The translations under genes and the position numbers were made by a program. This document shows, piece after piece, positions 24,451 to 37,430 of a stretch of 64,000 nt of DNA (position 1 is its first letter; every line of letters starts with the position of its first letter). The stretch lies in assembly GCF_009914755.1 (NCBI RefSeq), contig NC_060929.1. The stretch is one strand, 5' to 3'. The notes beneath the pieces are model-generated. The model was given only the letters and a program-made list of their open reading frames with translations, searched no databases and was not told the DNA's origin. The stretch is from the human T2T-CHM13v2.0 reference genome, Homo sapiens.

Positions 24451-26669
24451 GCCTCCCCAGACTTTGCCTTTTAGCCTTCCAGTGAAACAAGTTCTGTATC
24501 CAAGATATACAATTAAGTGGACAAAGCAGATTGCAGGTATGTTTTTTCGTATGATACCATTTGTGGGGTGTGTGTGCGTATGTGTGTAAGTGCACCTGCA
24601 CTTTTCACAACTGGTATCTCTGAGGCATATGTAACAACTGGGGGAGGGGCTTTTTGTAAACATGTATTAATTTCCTCCGATCCATCACTAAAGTGTACTG
24701 AACAGAAATTGACGTGAAGTAGTTTCACTAATTTATTTACAGTGGCTGCACCACCACAGATGAGTCCTTGTGCCCCCCCATAAATAAATACATGCATAAA
24801 ATAAGACAAGTAAGGTTCAAAATGACACAAATATTTTATTCATGTGTTCGTAAAAGCACCTTGAAAATTAAAAAAAAAAAACTGTAACGTAAAGTCTCAG
24901 TAAAAATCCAGCGCCAGTTATGCAAAAGAAGCTTCGAAGTATGCCCTCATCCTCCCTTTTCCGCTCAGATTGCAGCCCGAGGGCTAGTCCTATATGAAAG
25001 GGCCCCCAGTGTTCACCTCCACCAGGGACAAGTAATAGGGTTTTAAGAGCATGGGCTCTGGAGTTAGAGAGCTGGATACCCGCACCTGCAAGTTACTTAC
25101 CTTCGTTAAGCCTCAGTTCCTCACATCTGTAAAATCGGGTTAATAATAGTACCTGATCTCAGGACTGGTGTGAAGATTAATGAGATATGATGGGATGCAG
25201 TTAAAGCAGCATCCTGGCTAAACGTTTAATGAATGGCTGCTTGCACTTATTTATTTTTTTATCCTGTCGTGTCCCAGAAAGTCTTTTCGTAGCTCACAAG
25301 GGGACATCAAAGATGACAAAGAGGAGTGGAAGAAGACAGAGAGAATCAATGTGAGGAGCCTGGAACAGGGCTCTGAATTGTCTTCCCGCAGTGAAATCAC
25401 TTGTCTATTGCTGAGCCAAGAATTTGACTCTGAGCATCTAGGATGAGAAAGAAGAACTGGCACCTACGCCATCTCTGCCCCTCGGGACTGACTATTTTGG
25501 TAAGTTCAGTTCACCCATGGAGGAAGTGGTTCTCGTACTTTATCTGCATGTAACAACAAAATTCAGGTTCTTGGGGCTGATGCTTGGAGATTGTGATTCA
25601 GATCTGGGATGGGGCTCAGGAACCTGCATTTTAACAATGGAGGTTCTAATGTGGTCATTGGCAGGTTGTTCTAATGTGGGGGCCACATTAGAGCCTCTCT
25701 CGGAGACAGGCTGTACATGGCCAGCCAGCATTCTGGTAATATGAGCCAAATGCCCATTGACCTAATTTTGGAGAAGAGGTTTATCAACATGTCCCACTTC
25801 ACAATCCAGACCCTGATCCCAGGCAAAATAAACTGATACCTATAAGCTTTCTATTGCTTACCCTATGGGCGAGGAAGGTCTGCTGACAAACAGAGGGCGT
25901 GCTGAGCTGCAAGGTTAATGTGTCTGATGATTAAGCTGTGACATGGAGGCAACCCCCTAAAAACCAAAAATAACTTAAAGAATTTTTTTGGCCACAAAAA
26001 CTTATTTTCTCCTAGAAGAATGCTTTGATCATCTAGTACACATTTCAAATAAAGGAGAAGCCATGTGTACTTATAAAAATTAAAATCTTAGAAAATTACA
26101 TAAGCAATACATGCATGCATGCTATTGTAAAAACTTCAAACAATACAAATATACATAGAATACAATGTTGAGGCCCTGATTCCTGTGGCTTCCAGAGGTT
26201 ACCAGTGCCAGCATTCCTGCAGAGCTTCTGAATGCTTCTCTATGTATTTATATCTATCTGGCTATATAAATGGAATCATACTATACATATTGTTCTGCAA
26301 GTTGCTCTTTTCTTGCAACAGTCTATTTTGTATTCAGTCACTTGCAGTGACTTGCTAGAGGTCACTTGAACAGATTTCACGTCTGCATCAATTAGGTTGC
26401 CCTGGGCTTAGTTTTCTAAGGAGCTCTGCAGTTCCAGGCATCAATCCACTAAGGACTGATAACACCTGGGATAAGAAAAGACTATCTTGTCCTGTTGATG
26501 TCTCTTAGGAGCAAATAATTTGCCCTACAAGCTCCATAGCCTTTTCATGAAGTCTCACTTATCACCTGTATACCACTCCCTGACAAGGAGAATGGGCTTA
26601 TTACAAGGAAAGTGATAGACAAGGCAGGTTTGCCCTACTAGATGGAAAGTGGTAGGCCATTGAGAGTCA

Positions 26670-27271
26670 TGAAACCACCCTCACAGGGTTGACAAGAATT
26701 GCATGCTGGGTTCTGGACAGGAATATAGTTATAATTAAGCATTGATTAGGTTGCACGTTGGCCCACTTCCTTGTTGCTCAAAGTCACGTAGCACTAGATC
26801 CTGACCATTTGCATCTGCATTATTCCTGTAGATAGGATTTCTGACATTAGGGTCATAAGATTGTGTAGGAATTGATTTGTATCCCTATTGTTCCTTTAGA
26901 TGGGATCTCTGACATTACAATCAGAACGCTTTTGTTTAAGAATCACTTAAGTTGTTTTTCAGGTCCCCAATTCTACCATATTTCAGTTTGAAAACCCCCA
27001 CAAAGAAAGGGGATCAGGTTGAAAATACAGCTTCACCCTGTCCCATGACTTCACCATGCACTCTTCAACCAGTCAACCATCTCCAACACATCAGCCCACT
27101 CCCAAACTCTTAAAAACCCTAGCCCCAAATGCCACAAGGAGATAGATTTAAGGTTTCTTCCTGTCTCCTCATTTGGTGACCCTACGATTAAACCTCTTTC
27201 TCTGCTGCAACCTGGCCTCTCGGCGTATTGACTTGCTGTGTGCAATGGGCAATGAACCTATTATGGATACA
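26670..27271 (+). mobile_element. ERV1-class solo LTR (MER4 group; subfamily uncertain)
   Basis: TG...CA termini, 4-bp TSD GTCA, TATA-like CTTAAAAA and ATTAAA at 27187. Confidence 0.8.
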
Positions 27272-28038
27272 GTCACATGTGTCTGTTACATGAGTCCAAG
27301 TGATTTGTGCGGCCAGTGAAGTGCAGAAATAGGGCAATTGTGTGGATAATGAAAACTAAGGCTTCTTCCCCCAAATGGTCAGTTGCTTTTGAAGGGATAC
27401 TTCTAGCCTAGGAGTATGGGAAGTAGCTTCTACCTCCTGCCTCATACATACATGCTCTTACCAAAAGAAGAGTGGAAGTGTCACGGCAGATAGCTAGTCA
27501 GACATGAGCAGGGCAGAAGAGGGTTCCCCCGCCACTCCCCGCCCACCACCACTAGGAATGTCAGGCAACCATCAGGTGAGGGTCAGATGGTTATTAAACT
27601 GTTTCTCTAAAATAATAATTGGTCACAGCTGGTACCAGGGAAAGGCAGTCTCCCAATAGATAGAACACCTGAAGCTGGTGATTAGCAGCTTCCGGATAAG
27701 ATCTTAGGAGCTGGGCGAATGGGCTTAAGCATGAGCACTAGGAGGGAAAATGGTCGAATTTAACTGGTGTATGAGCTTCTTCTAAGAACACTCAACTAGT
27801 AAGGGAAGAATGCCTCAAGTGAACATGCGTACAATTTCAGTAAACATACTGTGTATGTGGCCCCTCCCAAGTGCTGGCAGGCCACCCCAAGAGAAGAATC
27901 AGGGGAGAAGGGAGGCAACCCCCCAGAAGCATGCCAGCATATGCAACCCCAAATCAAAGGTTAAACCATACACTTGAATCTCTCAAGTCACCCTCCCTCT
28001 TCCAAGTGTACTTCCTTTTGTTCCTGCTCTAAAACTTT

Positions 28039-28337
<299 letters not shown>

Positions 28338-28439
28338 TCCTGCTCTAAAACTTTTTAAATAAACTTTCCCTCCTGCTCTAAAACTTGCCTGGGTCTCTCA
28401 CTCTGTCTTAAGCCCTTTGGTCAAATTCTTTCTTCTGAG

Positions 28440-29238
28440 TAATAGGGACAGGAGACAGAGAAATTCTAGGCAGAAAAGAGTGGGGGTTTTTGGCAAAGAC
28501 CCACCCTCAAGCCTGGTGCTGTGGCCCAAAGTGAGAACATGTAGTCCTGTTTTCCCACTCCAATGTTGCCGTTTCCCAAACCACCCATGGCCCACCCTGC
28601 CCCTACATTCTGCACCCATAAAAACCCCAGGCTCCACTGGCAGAGAGCAGAGAAGGGGAGGAGAGAAGAAGCAGCTGAATGCTGGAGAGAAGCAGTTTGA
28701 CTTCAGAGGGATGACTTGACAGCAGGACTTCAGGGGAAGAATACCTTCCCGGTCCCTCCCCTTTCCACCTCCCCTTCCTGTGGAGAGCCACTTCCACTGG
28801 CAATAAAATCCTCCACATTCACCGCCCTTCAATTCGTTCATGCAACCTGATTTTTCCTGGACACCAAACGAGATCTCAGGTGCCATGGGTGAGGATGCTA
28901 AAGGCTGTCACACTGACCCTCTGCCCTTGCAAAAAGGCAGAGGGTTCACTGAGTTGTTAAACACTTAATCCAACCATGGATAGCAAAGCTAAAAAAGTGC
29001 ACTGTAACATATGTCCTGTGGGGCTGCAGGGGTCATGGGTACTCCACCCTAGATGCTGCTGTGGGGCCTGCACAGAGTTTTGGTCCTGCCGGTGCCCAAA
29101 AGCATTTGCTCTGGCTCTTGCACCTGCTCACCTGTGTGCTGCCCCCCCGCCCATGAGGGGTTGAGAGCTGTGGACTGAGTAAGTGAGGCATTCCTGTCAG
29201 GAGGACTCTGAAGGGGTCAAGGAAAACCTCATGTTTCA
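28440..29238 (+). mobile_element. ERV1 solo LTR (LTR1/LTR27/LTR28 group) nested in the MER50-like LTR
   Basis: TAATAGGGACAGGAG...GTTTCA, 4-bp TSD TGAG, CATAAAAACCCC TATA-like element and AATAAA at 28802. Confidence 0.78.
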
Positions 29239-29825
29239 TGAGGAGGCAAGAACTGAGGTTAGTTCACCACCACTAACATACTTTGGTGCCACGTGATTTT
29301 GGTGCCACGTGACTTAGATACATTCCCTAGTGGTAACAGAAGGTTCTAGAGCACAAAATTTAACAGTGTATATATGAGTGGTATGAGGGCGAATTATTTT
29401 TGTTTTCTTTTTAATGATCTCTTAAATTTTCCAGAATGTCTACAATGACCTTGTATTACTTTTCTAATCAGAAAAAAAGAAAAAAGTTACCGAAGAAGAG
29501 ATAAGTGAAGCACACACAAAAGGCAGAATATATAGTGCATCAAGAATGTGTGTTTTATAATCTGACAGACCTAGTTAGACCATAGTCCATATTTCAAATA
29601 TAATTACATGTGCTCATAGCTGAGAACCTTCTCCTGGGATGGATGCATTTCACCAGGTCACTGCCGAAATGTTGTACTTTTATGGATGGTGATGAGGAAG
29701 CATCTGTTTTAGGTGTGGTATTTCCTGGAGGCAGAAAACTGCTTGAGTTAGCTCATTCAGTTTTTCAGTGGCCTTTCTAATGCATGTTTTGTTTTGTTTT
29801 AATGCTTTGCAAAAGATTCCTAGAG

Positions 29826-30504
29826 TGGAAATTGCCTTTGCAAAAATTATAACAGTGAGAAAATTATGACAGTGAAAGGGATCTGCCCTAACTGTCCCCA
29901 TCTTGCTTCTGGGTATCTTTGCTCATTCCTGGGTGTGGGCCAAGCTAACTTTGGGAGAAATTTAGCTAAATTATAATGGCCCTTCCCAGATACTAAATTG
30001 CCCTTGTAAAACTAATGAAAGGCCACCAAGTTAGGAGGATGAGAGGGGCCTGAATTCTGTTAGGAAGTATGCCTAGCCAGCCATTACTTAGGAGGAATAA
30101 AGATTTGCAACTTCCCCAATTACTCCAGCAGATAACATCACTATTTTAGAATCTAAGACTGGCCTTTGGAGATGTCTTTTCAGGTTTTTGCATTTCTGAC
30201 AACCGGATGGGCCCCACCCAGGAACTGACTCAACACAAGAAGACAGTTTCCACTCCCTATGATTTCATCTCCAACCCAACCAACCAGCATTCCTTACTCC
30301 CTGGCTCCCTACTCACCAAGCTATCTTTGAAAAACCACTAACCTCTGAGCCTTCAGTGAGACTGATTTGAGTGATAATAAAACTCCAGCCTCCTGTACAG
30401 CCAGCTCTGCATGAATTAAACTTTTTCTCTGTTGCAACTCCCCTGTCTGGATAATTCAGCTCTGTCTGAGCAGTGGTTCAAGGAGAACCCGCTGGGTGGT
30501 TAGA
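29826..30504 (+). mobile_element. LTR8A-like ERV1 solo LTR
   Basis: Starts GAAATTGCCTTTGCAAAAATTATAACAGTGAGAAAATTATGACAGTGAAAG and ends GGAGAACCCGCTGGGTGGTTA. Confidence 0.78.
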
Positions 30505-31378
30505 ATCAGCTTCACTTTCAAAGGGCCTACAATGTCCTCATTAATTTCTTCCCCTTCAAAGATGACTGTGATCACATGTTTTCAATATCGTCCTTCCACC
30601 CTTGGCCCATGATAAGGGCAGAGGGTGGTAGATGCAGTCACTACTGAATTTCATTATCCCAGTGGGCATTTTTGGCCTGCTCAACTGGACTGACTGCAGA
30701 GCAAGTGTTCCACCTTGACCTTGATTTTGCCATTTGCATATGGAAACCTTTTTTTTTTTTTTCCTTTCTAAATTCAACTCTTTGGTAATCCCAGTGAAAG
30801 AAATGGGTGTGTGGGCAACTGGAAGGAAGTGGGTGTGTCCTAGGTTGTAGGATTGCTGAGATGTAGAAATGCTTATGCTAGAAAGGTATGAGAACAGTTG
30901 GTCTGGTCTTGCTGTTAGTAGAGACAGATAGAACAAGACAAGGTGGGAACAACATGGAGTGGGCAGATGTTTGTGGTGAAGTCCTGGCATCTATTGTCTG
31001 AGGGTCCCCTATCAACATCACCTCCAACCAACAATTATTGAATATTAACCAGCATCCCCTGCATTTATAGGATGAATTGTTAAAGCACCATCCAATAAAG
31101 TACATTACTGCTGCTACTCACCCTAGAGCACATAGAATTCTCCTGGAGAGAAATAGATTGACCAAAAATCGGGGCCTGCAATTTGGAGCATCTTCCTTTG
31201 TGACAGTTGATTTGGGACTCACATTTAAGGCGCATTTGTTTCTCCATTCACAGAAAATTTATATTAATATTCATCAGGCTTTTATTGTATCTTGTTCTGG
31301 AAATCTGCTCTGGAAAATAACTATGACCCCTGGTCTTCTGCCCTGTCATTTTCTCTCTAATTTTTGGCTTTGAAAATT

Positions 31379-31392
31379 TATCTGTCTATCTG

Positions 31393-31443
<51 letters not shown>
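31379..31443. repeat. (TCTA)n/(TCTG) tetranucleotide STR
   Basis: Two TCTG-interrupted units followed by a long perfect TCTA run. Confidence 0.92.
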
Positions 31444-31445
<2 letters not shown>

Positions 31446-31500
31446 ATTCTTGATGGTACTTTAAAAAAGTAACTCATGCCTCTAGTTTAAAATAAACTAT

Positions 31501-31810
31501 GCTGGGCATAGTGGCTCACACCTGTAATCCCAGAGCTTTGGGAGGCTGAGGAGGGAGGATTGTTTGAGGCCAGGAGTTTGAGATCAGCCTGGGCAACATG
31601 GCGAAAGTCCACCTCTACAAAAAAATTTAAAAAATTAGCCAGGTGTGGTGGCACATGCCTGTGGTCCCAGCTGCTTAGGAGGCTGAGGCAGGAGTATCAC
31701 TTGAGCCCAGATGGCTGAGGTTACAGTGAGCTGTGATTGGACCATTGCACTCCAGCCTGGGTCACAGAGAGAGACTCTGTCTCAAAAAAAAAAAAAAAAA
31801 AAAAAAAAAA
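31501..31810 (+). mobile_element. AluJ
   Basis: Full dimer with a long poly(A) tail. Confidence 0.93.
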
Positions 31811-32644
31811 GTCAAATAGTACAAAGGTTACTAAGTGTGTCTATCTTCTTGAGGTGCCTCCCTGGTCCCCCAGTGTGAAAGCTGTGTATACCACAGATCC
31901 AAATCAAGCTGTCCCAAATACCCTTCAGACTTGGTGATGATCTTCTAGTCATTTTACTTGAACATGGAACAGCCAAATAGACAGAAACCCAATTTCATTT
32001 ATGTGTTTTAGTAGGTGAGAGATGTTCCTTTTAGACCTGGGGAGACAGAAAGAATCTTAAGACCTTGGCACTGTCACCAGCCAGTTACACTCCAGTTAAG
32101 GAGACTTGACGAAGCATGAAAGTTAAATAGTGCCAAAGACAAAAATATGGCAAGGTGGGGTTGATTAGTCACCAAAGGAATTTACATCAAAGGCATTACC
32201 ATGTTTGTTATGTAGGTGCCAATAATAATGAAATGCCACTCTACGGTATTTGGGAGGCCAGAAAATTTAACAAAAAGGAAAGTGGCATCCTCAGTCTTAT
32301 TGGAGGCAGCAAAGCAAACAGACACTGGAGATGAATGGTCTTGGGTTTGGGTCCCAGCTCTGTTCTACTAGCTGAATGATCTTGGGCAAAGTACCTCAAT
32401 TCTCTGAGCCTCATTTTCCTTATAAGATGGGACTACTGATAATATCTACCTCAGAGAACTGATAGAAGGATTAAGTTACATTTGGCATAGAAGATGGATC
32501 AATATATGGTAACTCTTATTAAAATTAAATAATATAAAAAAGAATGTGTTTGGTTGCCAAGGGAGTCTAGTCTTCCAATGTAGCAATAATAAGTGTATAA
32601 CACAGCAAAATTTCATCTTTATTAGATTGCTTGTTTAAGTAGAT

Positions 32645-32938
<294 letters not shown>

Positions 32939-35149
32939 TAAATAGCTATTTTTAATATGATAGAATATGTCCTGAGCACGTACTTTGTGCTAGGTGCTCT
33001 GCCCCAGTAGAAGGAACACTGCCCCCACCAGTAATGTGCTCACAGTATTCTAGGGGGCAAAAGAAAAAAAAGCTAAGAGGCAATGACATGGCAGTGTGAC
33101 ACGCCTTGCAATGACAATCACAGCAAGGGTGCTTTAGATGCACACACATCTTCGGGGTGGCGGTGAGGGAAGGTTTTCCAGAATAGATGATGTCTAAGCT
33201 GAGATCTACCAAATGGGGGGTTGACCTCAGCAACCACAGTAGTAGACTTTTTGGGTGTGCTTCCTGTGGACCAGTTACTGTGGTGTGTGTTTCATGTGAG
33301 TTTTCTCATCTCGTACTCACAACAAAGCTATGAGGTGGAAATTATTCTGCCCACTTTACTGGTGAGGAGACTGAGGCTTAGAGATGTAAAGCTAACTTTC
33401 CATGAAAAATGTAGCTAGTAGATGGAGAATCTGGGATTGAAACACATCACGTGTTTGAGTCCATCAGTACCATCTGTCTTGTAAGACCATCCTATATAAA
33501 ATTTATAAAGTGACAGCAAATCAGGTTAGCAGAAAAGACATTACCCTTAGCTAGGCCATCTATAGGAAGCCAGTGGGAGAAATGGTTTTCTAAGATGTGG
33601 GTATGCATGAAATAGGAAGTGTAGATAGCGCTTGGGGAGGAGAGTGATGTGATTCCAGGGGGTTGTGAAAATGAGGCATCCAGACATGAGGATCAGGTAG
33701 GGGAGAGGCTGGGCGAAGGAGACCCAGGAAAGAGAGCAACAGTAACTAAGGTGTGGACAGATGAAGGCTGGTACTCATGCTTCTTCCCACTGCAAGAAGA
33801 GGAGCCATGTGTCATTTCCTCTCTGTGACTGTGAGCAGCCCTTGGCCCCTGGAGCTCCCCAGGTACAACCGGAACAACATCATGGTGCACTGGGCTTACT
33901 TTTAAGCCTAGAACATGAAGAGAGCTGGTTAGAAGGGGACAAGCAAAGGACTGGAAGGATTAGGCACACACATTCCACCATGTGCTTGGTGCCATAGAGC
34001 AGTTTGAGTCTAGACAAATTGACAGTCACTGCCTAACATTCTCCATTTCTGTTGTCCAGCTGGATAATCAAAGTTCCATAACAGATTCTTTTTGGTTTTA
34101 ATCATGAGTTGTGTGGGGGACACCAATGGGGCTAAGAATTAATTGTCCATATATCATTTTTTGAATTGAGCCTTTTATTCTAAAACAAGCAAGAAGCATT
34201 GGACCTGTCAGTTTCTGAGGCAGAAACTTCCTCTCAGAATGGTGTGTGGGCATTCATGGGATAGTCCTTGAACACTGTCCTTGTCCTAATAAAAGCAGCT
34301 TACTTTTATTTAGAGTGCTTGTTTCTTGACAGATTTTACTTAAGAGCTTTATAGTTAGTCCTTTTAACAACCCTTTTCCAAGCAAAGACATGGCTGGTAG
34401 AGGCAGAATGAGTAACTTGCCCAATGTCTGCCAGCAAGGAGGTGGCAGAGCTGGGATTCTTGATCGCAAACACCGCCCTTGACTGTCTCTGCCTGTGGCT
34501 AGTGATGCAATTGTCCCACGTGTCTATCTGATGGGCTGTTTGCCAGAAAAGCCTTCTGAAATGCTTTGGGCTGCACAGGGCCCCAGTTAAAATGTGTGTA
34601 TGATTTAAACTGACACTTGTTAACCTTGCGGTTATTTATTGAGTGACAATTACATATCAGGCACCCAGCTAAATTCTGTGAATGTAGTAAGCAGATCAGA
34701 CCTGGACTCTGTCCTCATAGAGCTAAATAGATATGTGCAGAGGACAAAATGCTATGAAGGAAATGAATGGGTGGTGAGACAGAGAATCACAGGGGAGGGC
34801 TCTCTGATGAGGTGGCATTTAAGTTGGGACCTACAGGTGAACCAGGATGAGAATCAGTAAGAAGCCCCTACAATGGGAGAGGGCTTGGCGGGTTGGAGGA
34901 ATGGAAAGGAGGTTGGTGTGACTTAAGCGCAGAGGAAAGGGAGAGATGCCCAGGGAGTCTGAGGCAGGTGCTGGCCGAGGCACATGGCTGCACAGGCCCC
35001 ATGTAGTAGGCACATTTAGCACTGAAAATATGTAAAAGTCTCTGAGATGAAACAACCACGATAACCAAAACCAAGACCCAGGTATGCTTTGTCATAGGAT
35101 CAGGTACCAATGAAGTTCTTGGGAGCTGTGAAACATGGCTGACTTGACC

Positions 35150-35725
35150 AGACCAGAAGTTTCCAAATCTTCCTTGGTCGCAGAACGCTTAGTGCTTCAG
35201 TAATTTTTTCATGGCATCTGTAGGCCAAAAGAAATACCAAACAGATTCATTGATTAACTAGTTAGGGTCAAATCGCTTAAAAGTCTTTATGTGCTAAAAA
35301 CTTTGTATTGGCCATTTGAAAAAAAATGATACATTGAAACAAAAAAAATATTTTTTTGTATTCTGAAATCATCACAATTACTTACTCATGGGATGTGTGG
35401 CCTGCTGGGCACTGTGCAACTCCTTAAACTTTGGAATCAGAGTGGACACTGCCACCTTCATTTCCTGTTCCACACTGATTTCCTTGTGGCACTTGCTTTT
35501 TGTCACAGTAACTGCCAAAAACATGGCTTCCCCAAAAGATGCCATCACTGAAAGGAATATGACGTAATCTAATGTTGAAACCATGAACAACCCTGAGTTT
35601 GTGCAGTGTTCAACAGATATGGAGGATCCTGTCTTTCCCTTGGAAAATTTAAAATACCTCCCAACAGTCCTGTGAATTTACTATGCTACCCCAGGGTGAC
35701 CTGGTAGAGAGTTTGGAACCACAGC
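35150..35725 (-). mobile_element. hAT-Charlie DNA transposon remnant carrying the transposase C-terminus
   Basis: Minus-strand translation AVTVTKSKCHKEISVEQEMKVAVSTLIPKFKELHSAQQATH resembles the Buster/Charlie (ZBED5-like) hAT dimerisation tail. Confidence 0.65.
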
Positions 35726-36622
35726 TAGCCATAGTACTTTCAAACTACTAAAGTTAGATATCTCTTTGCCACCAAATCCCTCCTCAGGGCCATATGTGAC
35801 CCTGCATTTTGTGCAGGGATTCCAGGAAGCAAAGTTGTCACTCTTTCTGGAAACTGTATCCTATTTGCCCAACCATCAATAGGGGTACCTCTGGAGTGCG
35901 AACCCAGCCTGGCTTATTTGAATAGAGGAAAGGAGGAAAGGGGTGAGTAACATGTACAGATGGTCAGCAGTAGTATGAAAGCATGTGAGGTTGAACCAAG
36001 AGGAAATGAGTAGGTGATACACAACCATAATTTTGGGGCCCTTGATGAAGAAATGAGTGCTGAAATTCTGAAGGGTTTGTTATTGTGCAGACCTGCAGTT
36101 AAGCTGGCTAAGCTTTAGGTGTTGCCTCTGCAGTCAGGAACATCCTGCCAGAAGGCAATTAAAGAGTGGAAGAGCAGAAATGCAGAGAAGGAATTCAACA
36201 CCTGCTCCACCAGCACGTTCCTTGGTCGCTCTCGTCTGTTTCCCTAGCTGGATCACATTCTTGGTGAATGAGAGAAAGTATGAGGATTAATGAGCAGACC
36301 TGTCTTTGGGATACCCTAGAACCATGATGCAATGCAAATATCACAGTATCTCAAAGGACAGTAGCCAGTAGAGCCAGTTGACTTCAAGTCAGTTTAACTT
36401 TCTCTTTCTGCATAAAGTCATGTATGCAAATCATCTAGGATGGCTGAGATGCTGATGAAATGAGTTCCCATGGCAACTGGAAGATTATCCTTACATCATC
36501 TTTGTGATGAGCAAAGTTCAGTGAAGACCAGAGGGAAGTAAAATTCTTGCTTGTCACTGAACTTGGACTGTTTACTCAACCTCTATTGCTTGGTTTTCTC
36601 ATCTATAAGATGAGAATAATAC

Positions 36623-37430
36623 TGAGATGGGATTGTTCCCTTGACCTCCTCATGGGACTTGCAACATTGGTGACTTGTTTACTTGGCCACTGCACTCAAA
36701 CCCCTTGCATGAGGGGGAGCACACAGGAGAGCAGGAGCAGGAGCTGGGGTGATTGCCTTTGGAAGCCATTAGGAACAAACTGTGTACCAGCCTGTGGCAG
36801 TGTCTAGGGGTTGTCCATGACCTCTAGAGCCCAAGGGGGCATGTGTTACAAACAATACTCTTTTAGCATTTGCTGTCCACAGACAGCTAAGTGTTTACCC
36901 GCTCAGTGGAGGGTTGGGGTGACAGCCTTTCACACCCTGCCCTCTTGATACCCAGGTTCTTGTCCTATGTCCAGGAAGAATCAGGTCACAGGGACTTGAA
37001 GGATGGTGAATGTGGAGACTTTATTGAGTGGTGGAGGTGGCTCTCAGTGGGATGGGGAGCTAGAAAGGGGATGGAGTGGGAAGATACTCTTCCTCTGGAG
37101 TTCAGCCATTCCTGGCCAAATTCCTCTCCAACCATAGTCTCCGATGTCCAGCTGCCTCTTCTACTCTTGATGTTCAGACACTTCTTCCCTTCTCTCCTTC
37201 TCTGCTGCACCGCTCTGCTCCTCTGCCAGTGGAACTTGGAGTTTTTGTGGGTACAGGGTGGGGAGGGAAGTGTGGCATGCCAGGGTGGTTTTAGAAAAGG
37301 CAACATTTGAGCGGGAAAACAGGGATGTGAAGTTCTCATCTAGGGCTGCGGGTCCAGGCTTGAGGGTGGAGTCCTTGCCATGGACCCTGCCCTCTTCTAC
37401 CCAGTATTTCCCTTCCTCCTGTCCTTATCA
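36623..37430 (-). mobile_element. ERV1 solo LTR (LTR1/LTR27/MER52 group) inserted in a MIR
   Basis: The reverse complement starts TGATAAGGACAGGAGG and ends ...CCATCTCA. Near-TSD ATAC/GTAC. Related to the LTR at 28440. Confidence 0.78.

Noticed and set aside
23773-24663. Multiple long overlapping ORFs (up to 181 aa) with repeats such as GAGGLR and PPAPRS
   Set aside because: They arise from GC-rich, stop-poor CpG-island sequence and the in-frame 18-bp minisatellite. They are open in several frames on both strands and resemble no known protein.
28398-28886. 162-aa ORF and its similarity to ORFs at 36891-37339
   Set aside because: Both lie in related LTR-family copies in opposite orientation; the similarity reflects repeat ancestry, not a gene family.
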